A stretch of DNA of 43,379 bases from positions 1 through 43,379 of the forward strand of contig CAZOAP010000002.1 of the NCBI GenBank assembly GCA_964577645.1, given 5' to 3'. The notes beneath the pieces were generated by a model. That model had not been told where the DNA came from. It was given only the letters and a program-made list of their open reading frames with translations, and did no database searches. Of this stretch, positions 24,479-34,648 are shown piece by piece (the stretch's first letter is position 1; the number at the start of each line of letters is the position of its first letter). A program made the position numbers and the translations under genes. Source of the stretch: an uncultured Ignavibacteriales bacterium (GTDB lineage: Bacteria; Bacteroidota; Ignavibacteria; Tepidaquicellales; OLB5).

Positions 24479-27400
24479 ATGAAGATAGACAGACTGTTTG
24501 CAGGTGAAACGAACAACCCGTATGATAAAATTGAATTCGATAAACGTACTTCAGTAATCAGGAACCCGGATGGTTCTATCGTTTTTGAGATGATAGATAT
24601 AGTGGTTCCGAAACAGTGGTCACAGGTTGCAACCGATATCATTGCACAAAAATATTTCCGCAAGGCAGGCATACCGCGTATAATGAAACGCGTACACGAA
24701 GAAGGTGTACCAATCTGGCTGCAGGCATCTGCACCCGATGAAGAAGCTATGAAGGATATTCCGGAATCAGACAGAAGTACATCTGAGACCGATTGCCGCC
24801 AGGTTTTTAACCGTTTAGCCGGCTGCTGGACCTACTGGGGCTGGAAATACGGCTATTTTAACACAGAAGAGGACGCTTTGGCGTTCTATAATGAGCATTG
24901 TTATATGCTTGCCATGCAGATGGCGGCACCTAACTCACCGCAGTGGTTCAATACAGGTTTGAACTGGGCATATGGAATATCGGGTCCATCACAGGGTCAC
25001 TATTATGTTGACGGCAAAACGGGCGAGCTTACCAAATCAGAGGATGCTTACACACATCCGCAGCCGCATGCATGTTTTATCCAGTCAGTCAGCGATGACC
25101 TGGTGAACGAAGGCGGCATTATGGATCTTTGGGTAAGGGAAGCGAGATTATTTAAATACGGCTCAGGCACAGGATCAAACTTTTCAAATTTAAGAGGCTC
25201 CAATGAACCATTAAGCGGAGGCGGAAAGTCTTCAGGGCTGATGTCATTTTTGAAAATAGGTGACAGGTCTGCCGGTGCAATAAAATCAGGCGGCACAACA
25301 AGGCGCGCTGCAAAAATGGTAACGCTTGATCTTGACCATCCCGATATTGAAGAGTATATCAACTGGAAAGTTGTTGAAGAGCAGAAAGTTGCTGATCTTG
25401 TAACAGGCTCTAAGCTGCTTAACATGCACCTGAACAATGTAATAAAAGCATGTTATGAAGTTCACCCTGAAAACGACCCGTTCGATAAAAAACAGAACAA
25501 ACATTTGGCAAAGGCAATAAGTGATGCAAGGAAATCACTTATTCCCGAAAATTATATTGAAAGAGTTATCCAGCTTGCAAAGCTTGGGGTAAAGGAAGTA
25601 CACATTCCAACTTACGATACTGACTGGAACAGCGAAGCATATTTAACGGTATCAGGGCAGAACAGCAATAATAGTGTAAGAGCCACCAACGAGTTCATGA
25701 AAGCCGTTGAAAATGACGGAATGTGGGATCTTTACTGGAGAGTTGAGCTTAATAAAGCTAAAAAAGAAGGCAGAGAGCCCGTTGCATGCAAAAAGCTTAA
25801 AGCACGTGACCTTTGGGAGCAGATAGCTTTCAGCGCATGGGCATGCGCAGATCCAGGGATGCAGTATCACACCACTATTAATGAGTGGCATACCTGTCCG
25901 GCCGGCGGCGAAATAAAAGCCTCTAACCCGTGCAGCGAATATATGTTCCTGGATGATACAGCATGTAACCTGGCATCTTTGAACCTGGTTAAATTTTACG
26001 ATATTAAAAAAGCTGAGTTTGATATAGCTGCATACCGCCACGCTGTAAGATTGTGGACAATAGTGCTTGAAATAAGTGTTTTAATGGCACAGTTCCCCAG
26101 CAAAGAAATTGCAAAGCTTTCATACGATTACAGGACACTTGGCTTAGGATACGCGAACCTTGGCTCACTGCTTATGATACAGGGCATTCCGTATGATTCA
26201 CCCGAAGCGCTTGCAATAACCGGTGCGCTTACATCAATTCTGCATATGCGTTCATATGCAACATCAGCAGAGATGGCAAAAGAGCTTGGCACATTCCCGC
26301 GCTTCAAGGAAAACGAGCAGAACATGCTTCGTGTTATCAGGAACCACCGCAGGGCTGCATACAACGTGCCTAACGAAGAGTACGAAGGGTTATCAATAGT
26401 ACCTGTAGGTATCAACAAGAAACACTGCCCCGCACCACTGTTGATGGCTGCAAGGGAAGATTCAGATATGGCACTGGATCTTGGTGAGCGTTACGGCTAC
26501 CGCAACGCGCAGGTAACTGTAATTGCACCAACCGGAACAATTGGTTTGGTAATGGATTGTGATACAACAGGTGTTGAGCCTGATTTTGCGCTGGTAAAGT
26601 TCAAAAAGCTGGCAGGCGGCGGATATTTTAAGATAATCAATGAATCGGTTCCCCCCGCACTTAAGAAGCTTGGCTACACAGAGAACGAAATTCACGATAT
26701 AATTAAATACTGCACAGGCCACGGCTCTATTATTGGGTGCCCGGGAATTAATCCCAACGCGCTGGCAGAAAAAGGATTTACCGCAGATGTGCTTGCACAG
26801 GTTGAAAAATCTTTGCCTGCAGCATTTGATATAAATTTTGTGTTCAATAAATACACATTAGGGGCAGATTTCTGCAAGGATACATTAGGATTCACAGATG
26901 AGCAGCTTGATGACTATAATTTTAATATTTTAAGGACACTTGGCTTTACCAAGGAAGAAATTGAAACTGCGAATGATTACGTTTGCGGCACAATGACAGT
27001 AGAAGGCGCTCCGCATTTACGTGAAGAGCATTACGCGGTGTTTGACTGTGCAAATAAATGCGGTAAAAAAGGCACACGGTATATTTCTGCCGATGCGCAT
27101 ATAAAGATAATGGCTGCAGCACAGCCTTTTATCAGCGGCGCAATCAGCAAGACTATCAATTTACCCAATGATGCAACAATTGAAGATATGAAGCATGCTT
27201 ACCTGCTTTCATGGAAGCTTGGCATAAAAGCCAATGCATTATACCGTGATGGCAGCAAGCTTTCACAGCCGCTTAATTCAGTCAGCGATGAAGATACATT
27301 TGAGCATGAATCAGAGGAAATTGCCGATACTTTGAGCAAACCCAATGATATTATCAGGATTGCAGAGCGTATCATTCACAGGTACATTGCTAAGCGCAGG

Positions 27401-28162
27401 AAGCTGCCGTTCAGAAGAAGGGGATATACACAGAAGGCAAAAATAGGCGCACACTCGGTTTATTTAAGAACAGGCGAGTACGAGAACGGTCAGTTAGGCG
27501 AGATATTCATCGATATGCACCGCGAAGGCGCAGCATTCAGAAGCTTAATGAACTGTTTTGCTATTGCAGTTTCACTTGGCCTGCAGCACGGCGTGCCGCT
27601 GGAAGAATTTGTTGACGCGTTTGTATATACAAGGTTTGAACCCAACGGAATTGTTATAGGCAACCCGAACATTAAAATGACAACATCGCTCATAGATTAT
27701 ATCTTCCGTGAGCTTGCAGTAACATACTTAAGCCGTAACGATCTCTCGCACATTTCCCAGGAAACTGAGATGAGAACGAGCCCGATAGACAGCATAAGCA
27801 AGCTTGATACAGAGACAGATTACGAGGATGAGGAGATATTTTCAGAGCGTTTTATTGATGAGCCGGCAAATATTAATACACCCAAGGTAGACCAGATTCA
27901 GGGCACACAGCCAACAAAGCCTGTGCAGAATGTATCGGTCAGCCCGCAGCAGACAATATCAGGGGGACCGCTTGGCATACAGATGACAGGTGCTGCCACA
28001 ATTAAGAATGTGAGCTTGAGCGAAGAGACAGATAAGATTAAGCAGGCAAAGCAAAAAGGATATACAGGCGATATCTGCCAGAGTTGCGGCAGCTTAACAA
28101 TGGTGCGCAACGGCACGTGTTTGAAATGCATAACGTGCGGCGATACATCAGGCTGCAGCTAG
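24479..28162 (+). CDS. nrdJ: class II (adenosylcobalamin-dependent) ribonucleotide reductase, long form
   Basis: 1227 aa. Contains the active-site block [22 protein letters not shown], then [25 protein letters not shown]. The C-terminal region [31 protein letters not shown] is TSCPD-like. The terminal zinc ribbon is CQSCGS...CLKCITCG. Confidence 0.95.
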   Translation: MKIDRLFAGETNNPYDKIEFDKRTSVIRNPDGSIVFEMIDIVVPKQWSQVATDIIAQKYFRKAGIPRIMKRVHEEGVPIWLQASAPDEEAMKDIPESDRSTSETDCRQVFNRLAGCWTYWGWKYGYFNTEEDALAFYNEHCYMLAMQMAAPNSPQWFNTGLNWAYGISGPSQGHYYVDGKTGELTKSEDAYTHPQPHACFIQSVSDDLVNEGGIMDLWVREARLFKYGSGTGSNFSNLRGSNEPLSGGGKSSGLMSFLKIGDRSAGAIKSGGTTRRAAKMVTLDLDHPDIEEYINWKVVEEQKVADLVTGSKLLNMHLNNVIKACYEVHPENDPFDKKQNKHLAKAISDARKSLIPENYIERVIQLAKLGVKEVHIPTYDTDWNSEAYLTVSGQNSNNSVRATNEFMKAVENDGMWDLYWRVELNKAKKEGREPVACKKLKARDLWEQIAFSAWACADPGMQYHTTINEWHTCPAGGEIKASNPCSEYMFLDDTACNLASLNLVKFYDIKKAEFDIAAYRHAVRLWTIVLEISVLMAQFPSKEIAKLSYDYRTLGLGYANLGSLLMIQGIPYDSPEALAITGALTSILHMRSYATSAEMAKELGTFPRFKENEQNMLRVIRNHRRAAYNVPNEEYEGLSIVPVGINKKHCPAPLLMAAREDSDMALDLGERYGYRNAQVTVIAPTGTIGLVMDCDTTGVEPDFALVKFKKLAGGGYFKIINESVPPALKKLGYTENEIHDIIKYCTGHGSIIGCPGINPNALAEKGFTADVLAQVEKSLPAAFDINFVFNKYTLGADFCKDTLGFTDEQLDDYNFNILRTLGFTKEEIETANDYVCGTMTVEGAPHLREEHYAVFDCANKCGKKGTRYISADAHIKIMAAAQPFISGAISKTINLPNDATIEDMKHAYLLSWKLGIKANALYRDGSKLSQPLNSVSDEDTFEHESEEIADTLSKPNDIIRIAERIIHRYIAKRRKLPFRRRGYTQKAKIGAHSVYLRTGEYENGQLGEIFIDMHREGAAFRSLMNCFAIAVSLGLQHGVPLEEFVDAFVYTRFEPNGIVIGNPNIKMTTSLIDYIFRELAVTYLSRNDLSHISQETEMRTSPIDSISKLDTETDYEDEEIFSERFIDEPANINTPKVDQIQGTQPTKPVQNVSVSPQQTISGGPLGIQMTGAATIKNVSLSEETDKIKQAKQKGYTGDICQSCGSLTMVRNGTCLKCITCGDTSGCS

Positions 28163-28167
28163 CTTTC

Positions 28168-28202
28168 AATTAGTAATTAATAATGAGTAATGAACAATCA
28201 CG
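28168..28202. repeat. heptamer-phased repeat (aattagt aattaat aatgagt aatgaac aatcacg)
   Basis: Read directly. It starts 6 nt after the nrdJ stop and shares the aatgagt unit with 11353-11380. Confidence 0.8.
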
Positions 28203-28244
28203 CTAAAGACGTGACTGCGAAAATTAATATATAATTTTCTTTTA

Positions 28245-28268
28245 GGGGAGGCGGAAGCCTCCCTTTTT
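28245..28268 (+). terminator. Rho-independent terminator of nrdJ
   Basis: gggaggc ggaa gcctccc followed by ttttt. Confidence 0.7.
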
Positions 28269-28321
28269 GATGTAGTGATAATCCTTTATTAATTTGAATT
28301 TTTTCTATATTTTATATTATT

Positions 28322-29893
28322 ATGTACAAATTTCTTCAAATATTAATTCTTACAACATTTTTTCCTCTTATATTTTATGCTCAAAGCCTTCAAATTAAAC
28401 ATGTTTACAAAATACCAGAAGAGAGTTTTACCCAATATGATCCCGAAAGTTTTTTAATAGATTCGTTGGGCAATTACTGCTATGAAGTAAAAATTGATTC
28501 TTTCTGCTACTATTTCACAAATTCGGGGTTGGTCGGGAAATCAGATTTTATTGGTGGTATAAAAGGTAATGGTAAAAACTCTATAAGTTACACTGATAAG
28601 GATGGATTTCTGGATAAGGAAGAGTTATTCTGGTACAGAAATAATTATTCTACTATGGTTTACGGACCTGAGTATGGCAATCTTGAAGAATCAATAACCT
28701 CTTCGAACGGCAATGGTATTGCAATAATAATTTCCAGAAATGACAGTTTATTTTATATAATAAATGGAGTTTTATTATATTCAGTAAATAAATCGTCTGG
28801 GAATCTACCTGCTGATGATTGGTGTGTTTTCAATAAAAATGGTGATTATTTATTGAGAGTATGGTTAGAGGGTTTGGATCTACTATACCTAAATGGAACA
28901 ATCATTGATTCTGCTATGGGAATTAACGATCTTGGCATTGATAATTCTGGGAATTACATTTATACTCGTTATGATTCAGGGAGCAATTCGGTAGAAATTA
29001 TTTATAACAAGAAAGTCTTATTTAGTGGAGATCAATATGCAAGAGGAGAAATTCTACAAAGTGGTAAATATTCGTTCCTCACTTATTCTGATAAAAACGA
29101 AGTTATGATTTTTAATGATACGTTTTATTATATTCCCAAATGCCCTAAATTCAGTGATTCTGATTCCAGAATAAAAAAATATACTTCTTTTAGCAGTTTT
29201 ATTAATGTTTGTAATCTTTCTAAAAACAAATATTATCTGAATTATAATAATAAACTTAATCAGGAATTTAATGAGATTTATGACGAAATTTGTGATTCCG
29301 AAGGTAACTATTCATATTTTGGGAAAAGGGATTATTATTTATATACTGTAACAAATGGTATAATTACAGATACAGTTACAAGGTTTGGTCTAAGGGGAAA
29401 GCCAATTTATATTTCACCAAAAGGTAATTATTTAGCTTATTTTGAAAAAGAAGATTCGATTTATATTTTCAATAATAAGGATCTGTTTAAAACGATAAGT
29501 GTAGACAAACAATTTAACACAAAGGAATTGTATTATGCATTTAGGTTTTATGATGAAAGAACTGAACAGCAAAATGATGCAAAGTGTATTACAATTGGAA
29601 ATGAAACTTATATCTTAATTAATGAAAATATGTTTGGTCCTTTTAATAAGTTTAATGAAAGCTGGGGCAAACCTGGATATATCATTAATGGTAAAATAAC
29701 GGAGAATGGTTCTTTTTATTTCTTTCAAATTAGCGGTGAAAGAAAATGTAAATTGTATTTAAATGGCGTTGATTATGGTGAAATAGAAAATGATGAAGTT
29801 TTTGAAAACAGTATTGTTGTAAATGAAAAAGGATTAAAGTTTTATATAATTAATTTAAATAATGTTTACGAAGTGACTACTTATGCAAATTAA
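28322..29893 (+). CDS. hypothetical secreted repeat protein (very AT-rich gene)
   Basis: 523 aa with a signal peptide (..FFPLIFYAQS). Has recurring short G-N/K-Y-x-Y/F beta-strand-like motifs (DSLGNYCYEV, DNSGNYIYTRY, DSEGNYSYFGK, SPKGNYLAYFEK, NKNGDYLLRV). Confidence 0.6.
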   Translation: MYKFLQILILTTFFPLIFYAQSLQIKHVYKIPEESFTQYDPESFLIDSLGNYCYEVKIDSFCYYFTNSGLVGKSDFIGGIKGNGKNSISYTDKDGFLDKEELFWYRNNYSTMVYGPEYGNLEESITSSNGNGIAIIISRNDSLFYIINGVLLYSVNKSSGNLPADDWCVFNKNGDYLLRVWLEGLDLLYLNGTIIDSAMGINDLGIDNSGNYIYTRYDSGSNSVEIIYNKKVLFSGDQYARGEILQSGKYSFLTYSDKNEVMIFNDTFYYIPKCPKFSDSDSRIKKYTSFSSFINVCNLSKNKYYLNYNNKLNQEFNEIYDEICDSEGNYSYFGKRDYYLYTVTNGIITDTVTRFGLRGKPIYISPKGNYLAYFEKEDSIYIFNNKDLFKTISVDKQFNTKELYYAFRFYDERTEQQNDAKCITIGNETYILINENMFGPFNKFNESWGKPGYIINGKITENGSFYFFQISGERKCKLYLNGVDYGEIENDEVFENSIVVNEKGLKFYIINLNNVYEVTTYAN

Positions 29894-30704
29894 GATCTTA
29901 ATATTATATTTTGCACTTTTAACAGGCATTTCAATTTCACAAAAAATGCCGGAAGACTACTTGGATGAGGGAAATGGGAAATTTGATGCAGAAGATTTTG
30001 AAGGTGCAAGGTTGGATTACAAGTATATAATTGAAAATTTCTCTACATCTGAGGTTTACCCCTTTGCTATGTATAATTATGGAAAATGCCTACAAAACAC
30101 GAAAAATGAAAAAGAGGCGATTGTCATATATAAAGGAATAATTAAAAGTTCCTTTGATAATAAGTTATTAAAAGCAACAGGAAGCATAATGGAGAATCCT
30201 TATGCTAATTTTTCCTTTTATAGTTGTATGTCATTAGGAGAAATTTATCAAAGTAAGCAAGAATACGATAAAGCGCTTAAATATTATTCTTTAGCAGACA
30301 CTGCTAATTTGTTTATTACTTTTTGTGGTAATTTAGCATATGAAGTGAAATCTGATTTACTTGATAATATTAGTTTGTGTTTGTTTAAATTAAATAGATA
30401 CAAAAAAGTAATTAAAGTACTTACTCCATATTTATTGTCAGAGTATTTTGATGAAAATTCAGAGGCAGGCAAATATTACATCAAGTCTTTGAATAAAATA
30501 TATTCTGAAAATGAGATAGTAGATATTTTACAAGAAACATCAAGAAATTTATACAAAAGGAACGATAAATATTATATTTATTTGTTTACTAATGAATTAA
30601 CGATTTTTAAACGAAATTCGATTTATCAGTATGAATTTACTTCAAAAGATGAAGCGAGAAAAACCTTAATGAACAATTTTTTATTTAAGCAATATTTATA
30701 TTAA
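29883..30704 (+). CDS. hypothetical secreted TPR-like protein
   Basis: 273 aa with a signal peptide. Helical repeats show a TPR-like pattern (..GARLDYKYIIENF.., ..LGEIYQSKQEYDKALKYYSLA..). Overlaps the upstream gene by 11 nt. Confidence 0.5.
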   Translation: MQIKILILYFALLTGISISQKMPEDYLDEGNGKFDAEDFEGARLDYKYIIENFSTSEVYPFAMYNYGKCLQNTKNEKEAIVIYKGIIKSSFDNKLLKATGSIMENPYANFSFYSCMSLGEIYQSKQEYDKALKYYSLADTANLFITFCGNLAYEVKSDLLDNISLCLFKLNRYKKVIKVLTPYLLSEYFDENSEAGKYYIKSLNKIYSENEIVDILQETSRNLYKRNDKYYIYLFTNELTIFKRNSIYQYEFTSKDEARKTLMNNFLFKQYLY

Positions 30705-30864
30705 TAATATTCAATTGCTCTTTCCCATCAAAAAAAATTCGTGAAATTTGTGCAATTCGTGGTTAATCTTTTGTAAAGTTCAATGTCTGGATACCCGCAT
30801 TCCTTCCAACGCAAAGCGGTTTAAGGCGTGGCGCGGGTATGACAATAACAGTAGAAAAACGTTC

Positions 30865-30892
30865 CTTTGTGCACTTAGTGTCTTAGTGGTGA
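30865..30892. repeat. 28-nt conserved element ctttgtgcacttagtgtcttagtggtga (copy 1)
   Basis: 27 of 28 nt are identical to 32081-32108. It ends 16 nt before the ATG at 30908. Confidence 0.85.
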
Positions 30893-30907
30893 AATTATAA
30901 TTTTTTT

Positions 30908-31576
30908 ATGAACTATAAAATAATACGTTCAAGGCGGAAGACGATGGCATTGCAGGTAAACAGCGATGCAACGCTTACGGTTAAGATACCGTATGGGGTA
31001 TCCATGCAGTATGTGGAGCGGTTTATAAATGATAAGCGAAGCTGGATAGAAAAAAAGCAGGCGGAGTTCACTGAGCAGAAAGTAAAGTATAAACCCAAGC
31101 AATATATACAGGGCGAAGAATACTACTTTGCAGGCAGAAGGTATGAGCTTGATATTGTGCCGGGAAGCAAAGCCAGGATTACACTCACAACGGGTGGCAA
31201 GCTGCAGATAACAGAAAAATGCATGGAAGCGCCGAAGCATTACATAGAGTGGTTCTACAAACAGTTCGCAAAGAAACATATTACAGCACGCACACATGAA
31301 ATAGCCGAAGTATTCGGCTATAAGTTCGCAAGTATAAAGATAAACAGCGCGAAGACTCGCTGGGGGTCATGCTCCATACGGGGAAATCTGAATTTTTCAT
31401 GGCGGCTTGTTATAATGCCTGAGGAAATGATAGATTATGTGATAGTACATGAGCTTGTTCACCTGGAAATTAAAGATCACTCAAGGCGTTTTTACGCAAG
31501 GATGAGCGAGCTGATGCCTGACCATAAAAGCAGGGAAAAGTGGCTTAAGGCGAATTCAGGGATGACAACAATTTGA
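30908..31576 (+). CDS. YgjP-like (DUF45/M48-related) metal-dependent hydrolase
   Basis: 222 aa. The block RWGSCS..GNLNFSWRLVIMPEEMIDYVIVHELVHLEIKDHS carries the HExxH motif in the characteristic YgjP context. Confidence 0.85.
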   Translation: MNYKIIRSRRKTMALQVNSDATLTVKIPYGVSMQYVERFINDKRSWIEKKQAEFTEQKVKYKPKQYIQGEEYYFAGRRYELDIVPGSKARITLTTGGKLQITEKCMEAPKHYIEWFYKQFAKKHITARTHEIAEVFGYKFASIKINSAKTRWGSCSIRGNLNFSWRLVIMPEEMIDYVIVHELVHLEIKDHSRRFYARMSELMPDHKSREKWLKANSGMTTI

Positions 31577-31742
31577 GGAGTGTAAATTGTGTAGAGTCTT
31601 ATTCATTGTGCATAAAGCGGCAGGCGAGCCATGCCGCCTACATAATCCGAATTCAGGGATGAGCTTACTCTGAGGAGCGTTAGCGACGAAGAGTCTCATT
31701 CGGTGGGCATAATTTAACTTAACAGAGGTTTTTGAGTTTTTT

Positions 31743-31793
31743 GGGAGTGTGTTGAATGTGTCAACACTTGTATTAACGCAGTTAATGCAATCC
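31743..31793. repeat. two-hairpin structured element, copy B
   Basis: gggagtgtgttgaatgtgtcaacacttgtattaacgcagttaatgcaatcc. It aligns colinearly with 10038-10089, and base changes on both stem arms preserve pairing. Confidence 0.7.
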
Positions 31794-32080
31794 AAAGGTT
31801 TTCTATTGGTTTTATTCGTGTTTATTCGTGTAATTCGTTGTGAATTCTTTTGAAATAAAATAATATAAGACCCCCTCGGGCTACTTCCTAAACTAAAGTT
31901 TAGTAAGTCAGGAAAGCCCACTCCCAACATGCTAAGGCAGTCCTTCGGCTTAGAAAGGGGGAGACATCTTGCTTTTCTTTGTGTTCCTGACTTTCACAAT
32001 TTGAAAGCTATTAATCATCCACAGACAAGCCTAAAGGTCACACAAATGTCTGTGCTACTAAAAACAAATTTAATGCTTTT

Positions 32081-32108
32081 CTTTGTGCTCTTAGTGTCTT
32101 AGTGGTGA
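32081..32108. repeat. 28-nt conserved element ctttgtgctcttagtgtcttagtggtga (copy 2)
   Basis: See 30865-30892. It lies 98 nt upstream of the ada start. Confidence 0.85.
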
Positions 32109-32205
32109 TCTTTTGTTTTGATTTTTTTTAATTCAGTGTCAATTTTTCGGTGGAATGGAAATGATTATGCCCTTATTTTTGTATCAATTTAAAACAAAGT
32201 AAGTT

Positions 32206-33267
32206 ATGGAAATGAAACATTTTGCAATGCCGCCTGCGGCTGAAATGAAACGCGCCGTACTTGGCAAAGATAAAAGTTATGACGGGATATTCTTTGTAGG
32301 CGTTAAGAGCACAAACATTTTCTGCAGGCCCGCATGCTCAGCAAAAAAACCGCTTGAGAAGAACATGGTATTTTACTCAAGTGCGCGTGATGCTTTGTTT
32401 GCGGGGTACAGACCCTGTAAGAGATGCCGCCCACTGGAGCTCTCGGGTTCACACCCTGACTGGGTGCAGAAGCTGATAGAGAAAATTGACAGCTCTGATG
32501 ATAAAAGGATACGTGACGGCGAACTGAGGAAGATGGGTATTCAGCCCGAGAAAGCGAGAAGGTACTTTATGAAAAATTACGGAATGACTTTTCACGCATA
32601 CCAAAGGAGCCGCAGGCTTGGCTCAGCATTCACACAGATACGCGAAGGCTCTAAAATTGATGATGCGGTGTTCAGCAACGGTTATAATTCTCATAGCGGT
32701 TTCAGGGATGCATTTCAGAAAGTGTTCGGCAAGCCGCCGGGCAGATCAGAAAGCGCGGATTGTATCGTGACATCACTCTATCAGAGCGAGCTAGGTCCGA
32801 TAATAATCGGCGCAACATCAAATGGAGTTTGTCTTGTGGAGTTCAGTGACCGCAGGATGCTGGAGTACCAGCTTAAGACGCTCAGGAAGAGATTTAATGC
32901 GGCAATAATACCGGGCTCGAATAAACATATTGAGCAGGTAAAACTTGAGCTGGATGAATACTTTAAGGGTCAGCTGAAAACATTTAAGACACCGCTTGTA
33001 TATCCCGGCACTGATTTCCAGGAGAATGTGTGGAATAACCTGAAGAAAATTCCATACGGTAAAACTATTTCATATGTTGAGCTTGCGGAGAAGATCGGGC
33101 TCAAAGGCGCATCACGGGCAGTGGGTACCGCAAACGGAATGAACAGGATAGCTATACTGATACCATGCCACAGGGTAGTTAATAAAGATGGCAGGCTTGG
33201 CGGGTACGGCGGCGGTCTTTGGCGCAAGCAGTGGCTGATAGATATGGAGAGAAGTCACAAATCCTGA
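32206..33267 (+). CDS. ada: bifunctional Ada: methylphosphotriester-DNA methyltransferase/AraC-type regulator + O6-methylguanine-DNA methyltransferase
   Basis: 353 aa. The N-terminal Cys4 Ada zinc domain is FCRPACSAKKP...YRPCKRCRP. The central part is an AraC HTH (SHSGFRDAFQKVFGKPP). The C-terminal MGMT active site is IPCHRVV. Confidence 0.9.
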   Translation: MEMKHFAMPPAAEMKRAVLGKDKSYDGIFFVGVKSTNIFCRPACSAKKPLEKNMVFYSSARDALFAGYRPCKRCRPLELSGSHPDWVQKLIEKIDSSDDKRIRDGELRKMGIQPEKARRYFMKNYGMTFHAYQRSRRLGSAFTQIREGSKIDDAVFSNGYNSHSGFRDAFQKVFGKPPGRSESADCIVTSLYQSELGPIIIGATSNGVCLVEFSDRRMLEYQLKTLRKRFNAAIIPGSNKHIEQVKLELDEYFKGQLKTFKTPLVYPGTDFQENVWNNLKKIPYGKTISYVELAEKIGLKGASRAVGTANGMNRIAILIPCHRVVNKDGRLGGYGGGLWRKQWLIDMERSHKS

Positions 33268-33316
33268 GCGAAGTGAAGGATCTCATTCGGATGGCGTGTT
33301 TGAGGATGTGATTTTT

Positions 33317-33350
33317 TGCAGAGTCCTTCAAAAGGCGAAGAGACTCTGCA
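33317..33350. repeat. 'tgcagagtc' hairpin repeat
   Basis: tgcagagtc cttcaaaaggcgaaga gactctgca, 50 nt after the ada stop. Confidence 0.8.
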
Positions 33351-33471
33351 AATTAGATAACAGGAAAGATTCATCCTTTGTGAAGTGAAAAAAATTACGT
33401 TAAAAATAACTGATTATTAACCTTTACAATTGTAATTAATCTTATTAAATTTTGCAAATAAATAAAAGTAT

Positions 33472-33699
33472 ATGACTTCAAAATTTAACGATGTTCTGGA
33501 ATTAATTGATTCTTTTTCAATAGAAGAGCGTGAGGAAATTCTTGAAATTGAAAAGAACCGGCTCATTGCTGATAAAAGGGAAAAACTTATTGAAAGAGTG
33601 AAAGAAGGCAAAAATGATATTACTGAAGGCAGGTTCACCGAAGGTGATGTGAAGGATATTATGAAAGCAATTGATGATGAAGTTAAAAATATCAAATAG
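33472..33699 (+). CDS. putative antitoxin (addiction-module component-like)
   Basis: 75 aa and helical. The N-terminal DVLELIDSFSIEEREEILEIE resembles the 'L..I..L...ER..L' addiction-module antitoxin motif. Overlaps the downstream RelE-family gene. Confidence 0.55.
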   Translation: MTSKFNDVLELIDSFSIEEREEILEIEKNRLIADKREKLIERVKEGKNDITEGRFTEGDVKDIMKAIDDEVKNIK

Positions 33700-33952
33700 A
33701 TTTAAGCGTGATGTTTCACGGATAATAAAGAAAAATCCTGAATTAAGAGAAAAACTGGCAGATACCCTATTATTATTAAAAGCAGATATGTTTAATCCGA
33801 CATTAAAAACCCATAAACTAAAAGGTGATCTAAAAGGTTTATGGTCATCATGCTGGGGGTATGATCTCAGGGTAATATTTGAATTATCCGGAACTGATGA
33901 AGAGAAAATTATTGAGCTTATCACGGCCGGTTCTCATGACGAAGTCTATTGA
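33677..33952 (+). CDS. RelE/ParE-family type II toxin
   Basis: KLKISNRFKRDVSRIIKKNPELREKLADTLLLL..NPTLKTHKLKGDLKGLWSSCWGYDLRVIFEL....IIELITAGSHDEVY matches the RelE/StbE pattern (HKL.G.L.G.WS.....D.R(I/V)IF ... GTHDEVY). The start could be any of three consecutive ATGs (33671-33679). Confidence 0.8.
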   Translation: MKLKISNRFKRDVSRIIKKNPELREKLADTLLLLKADMFNPTLKTHKLKGDLKGLWSSCWGYDLRVIFELSGTDEEKIIELITAGSHDEVY

Positions 33953-34613
33953 TTACACAAAATACCCGGTGCCGCGCATAAGGCATCATGCCAGACCCGT
34001 ACTATACCTACCATTAAAGCAGCACAGGGGCAAAGATTTCTTTTATCCGCCGGTTATTCAAAAAATAAACTGGAGCCATGCATTCGCAGACGGCAAGCCG
34101 CCGGTTCAGCTTGATATTGGCTGCGGGCTCGGAAGGTTTTTAATTGAATCATCACTCGTTTTGCCGGATATAAACCTGCTTGGCTTTGAGGTAAGGCTTG
34201 GCGCGGTTGAGTGGATTGAAAATGTAATAAAAGGTGAGGGTCTGCTGAACGTACGCGCTTTATGGTACAGTGTTGTTAACGGAATGCATTTTATAGATAC
34301 TGCTTCGATCGAAAAAGTTTTTTACTTCTTTCCTGACCCGTGGGTTAAGAAGAAACATTTTAAGCGCAGGGCATTTTCTGTGGAGCTGCTAAAGGAGATC
34401 CACAGAGTATTAAAACCTGACGGGAAATTGTACCTTATGACAGACGTTCCTGAAGTGGATGAATTTCAGCAGGAGGTATTAAGTGTATCAGGTTTGTTTG
34501 AATTTAAATATGTGAATGATTTTGAGTGGGGTCTGAGTGTGAAGACTAATCATGAAGAGTTTTGTTTGCGGAAAAATATCCCGTTTATAAGAATGGTGTG
34601 CGGGAAGAAGTGA
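33936..34613 (+). CDS. trmB: tRNA (guanine46-N7)-methyltransferase
   Basis: Contains LDIGCGLGRFL (SAM motif) and the hallmark FFPDPWVKKKHFKRR. I prefer the internal ATG at 33936 (MTKSIDY..) to the track start at 33879, which would overlap the toxin gene by 74 nt. Confidence 0.88.
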   Translation: MTKSIDYTKYPVPRIRHHARPVLYLPLKQHRGKDFFYPPVIQKINWSHAFADGKPPVQLDIGCGLGRFLIESSLVLPDINLLGFEVRLGAVEWIENVIKGEGLLNVRALWYSVVNGMHFIDTASIEKVFYFFPDPWVKKKHFKRRAFSVELLKEIHRVLKPDGKLYLMTDVPEVDEFQQEVLSVSGLFEFKYVNDFEWGLSVKTNHEEFCLRKNIPFIRMVCGKK

Positions 34614-34648
34614 GAAGTTAGGCATGCATGTGGTTGAGTAGGTAATTT

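Noticed and set aside
24479-28162. Intein or domain insertion explaining the 1227-aa length of NrdJ
   Set aside because: The extra length is accounted for by the known long-form architecture (N-terminal extension, TSCPD-like region, low-complexity linker, C-terminal zinc ribbon). I saw no intein splice-junction or homing-endonuclease motifs.
31556-31930. 124-aa minus-strand ORF in the ada upstream spacer
   Set aside because: It is assembled from translations of dispersed repeat elements. It has no Shine-Dalgarno sequence and no protein-like features.
33879-33935. Upstream ATG (33879) as the trmB start
   Set aside because: It would overlap the RelE-family gene by 74 nt and would add a non-conserved N-terminus. 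The internal ATG at 33936 is preferred.
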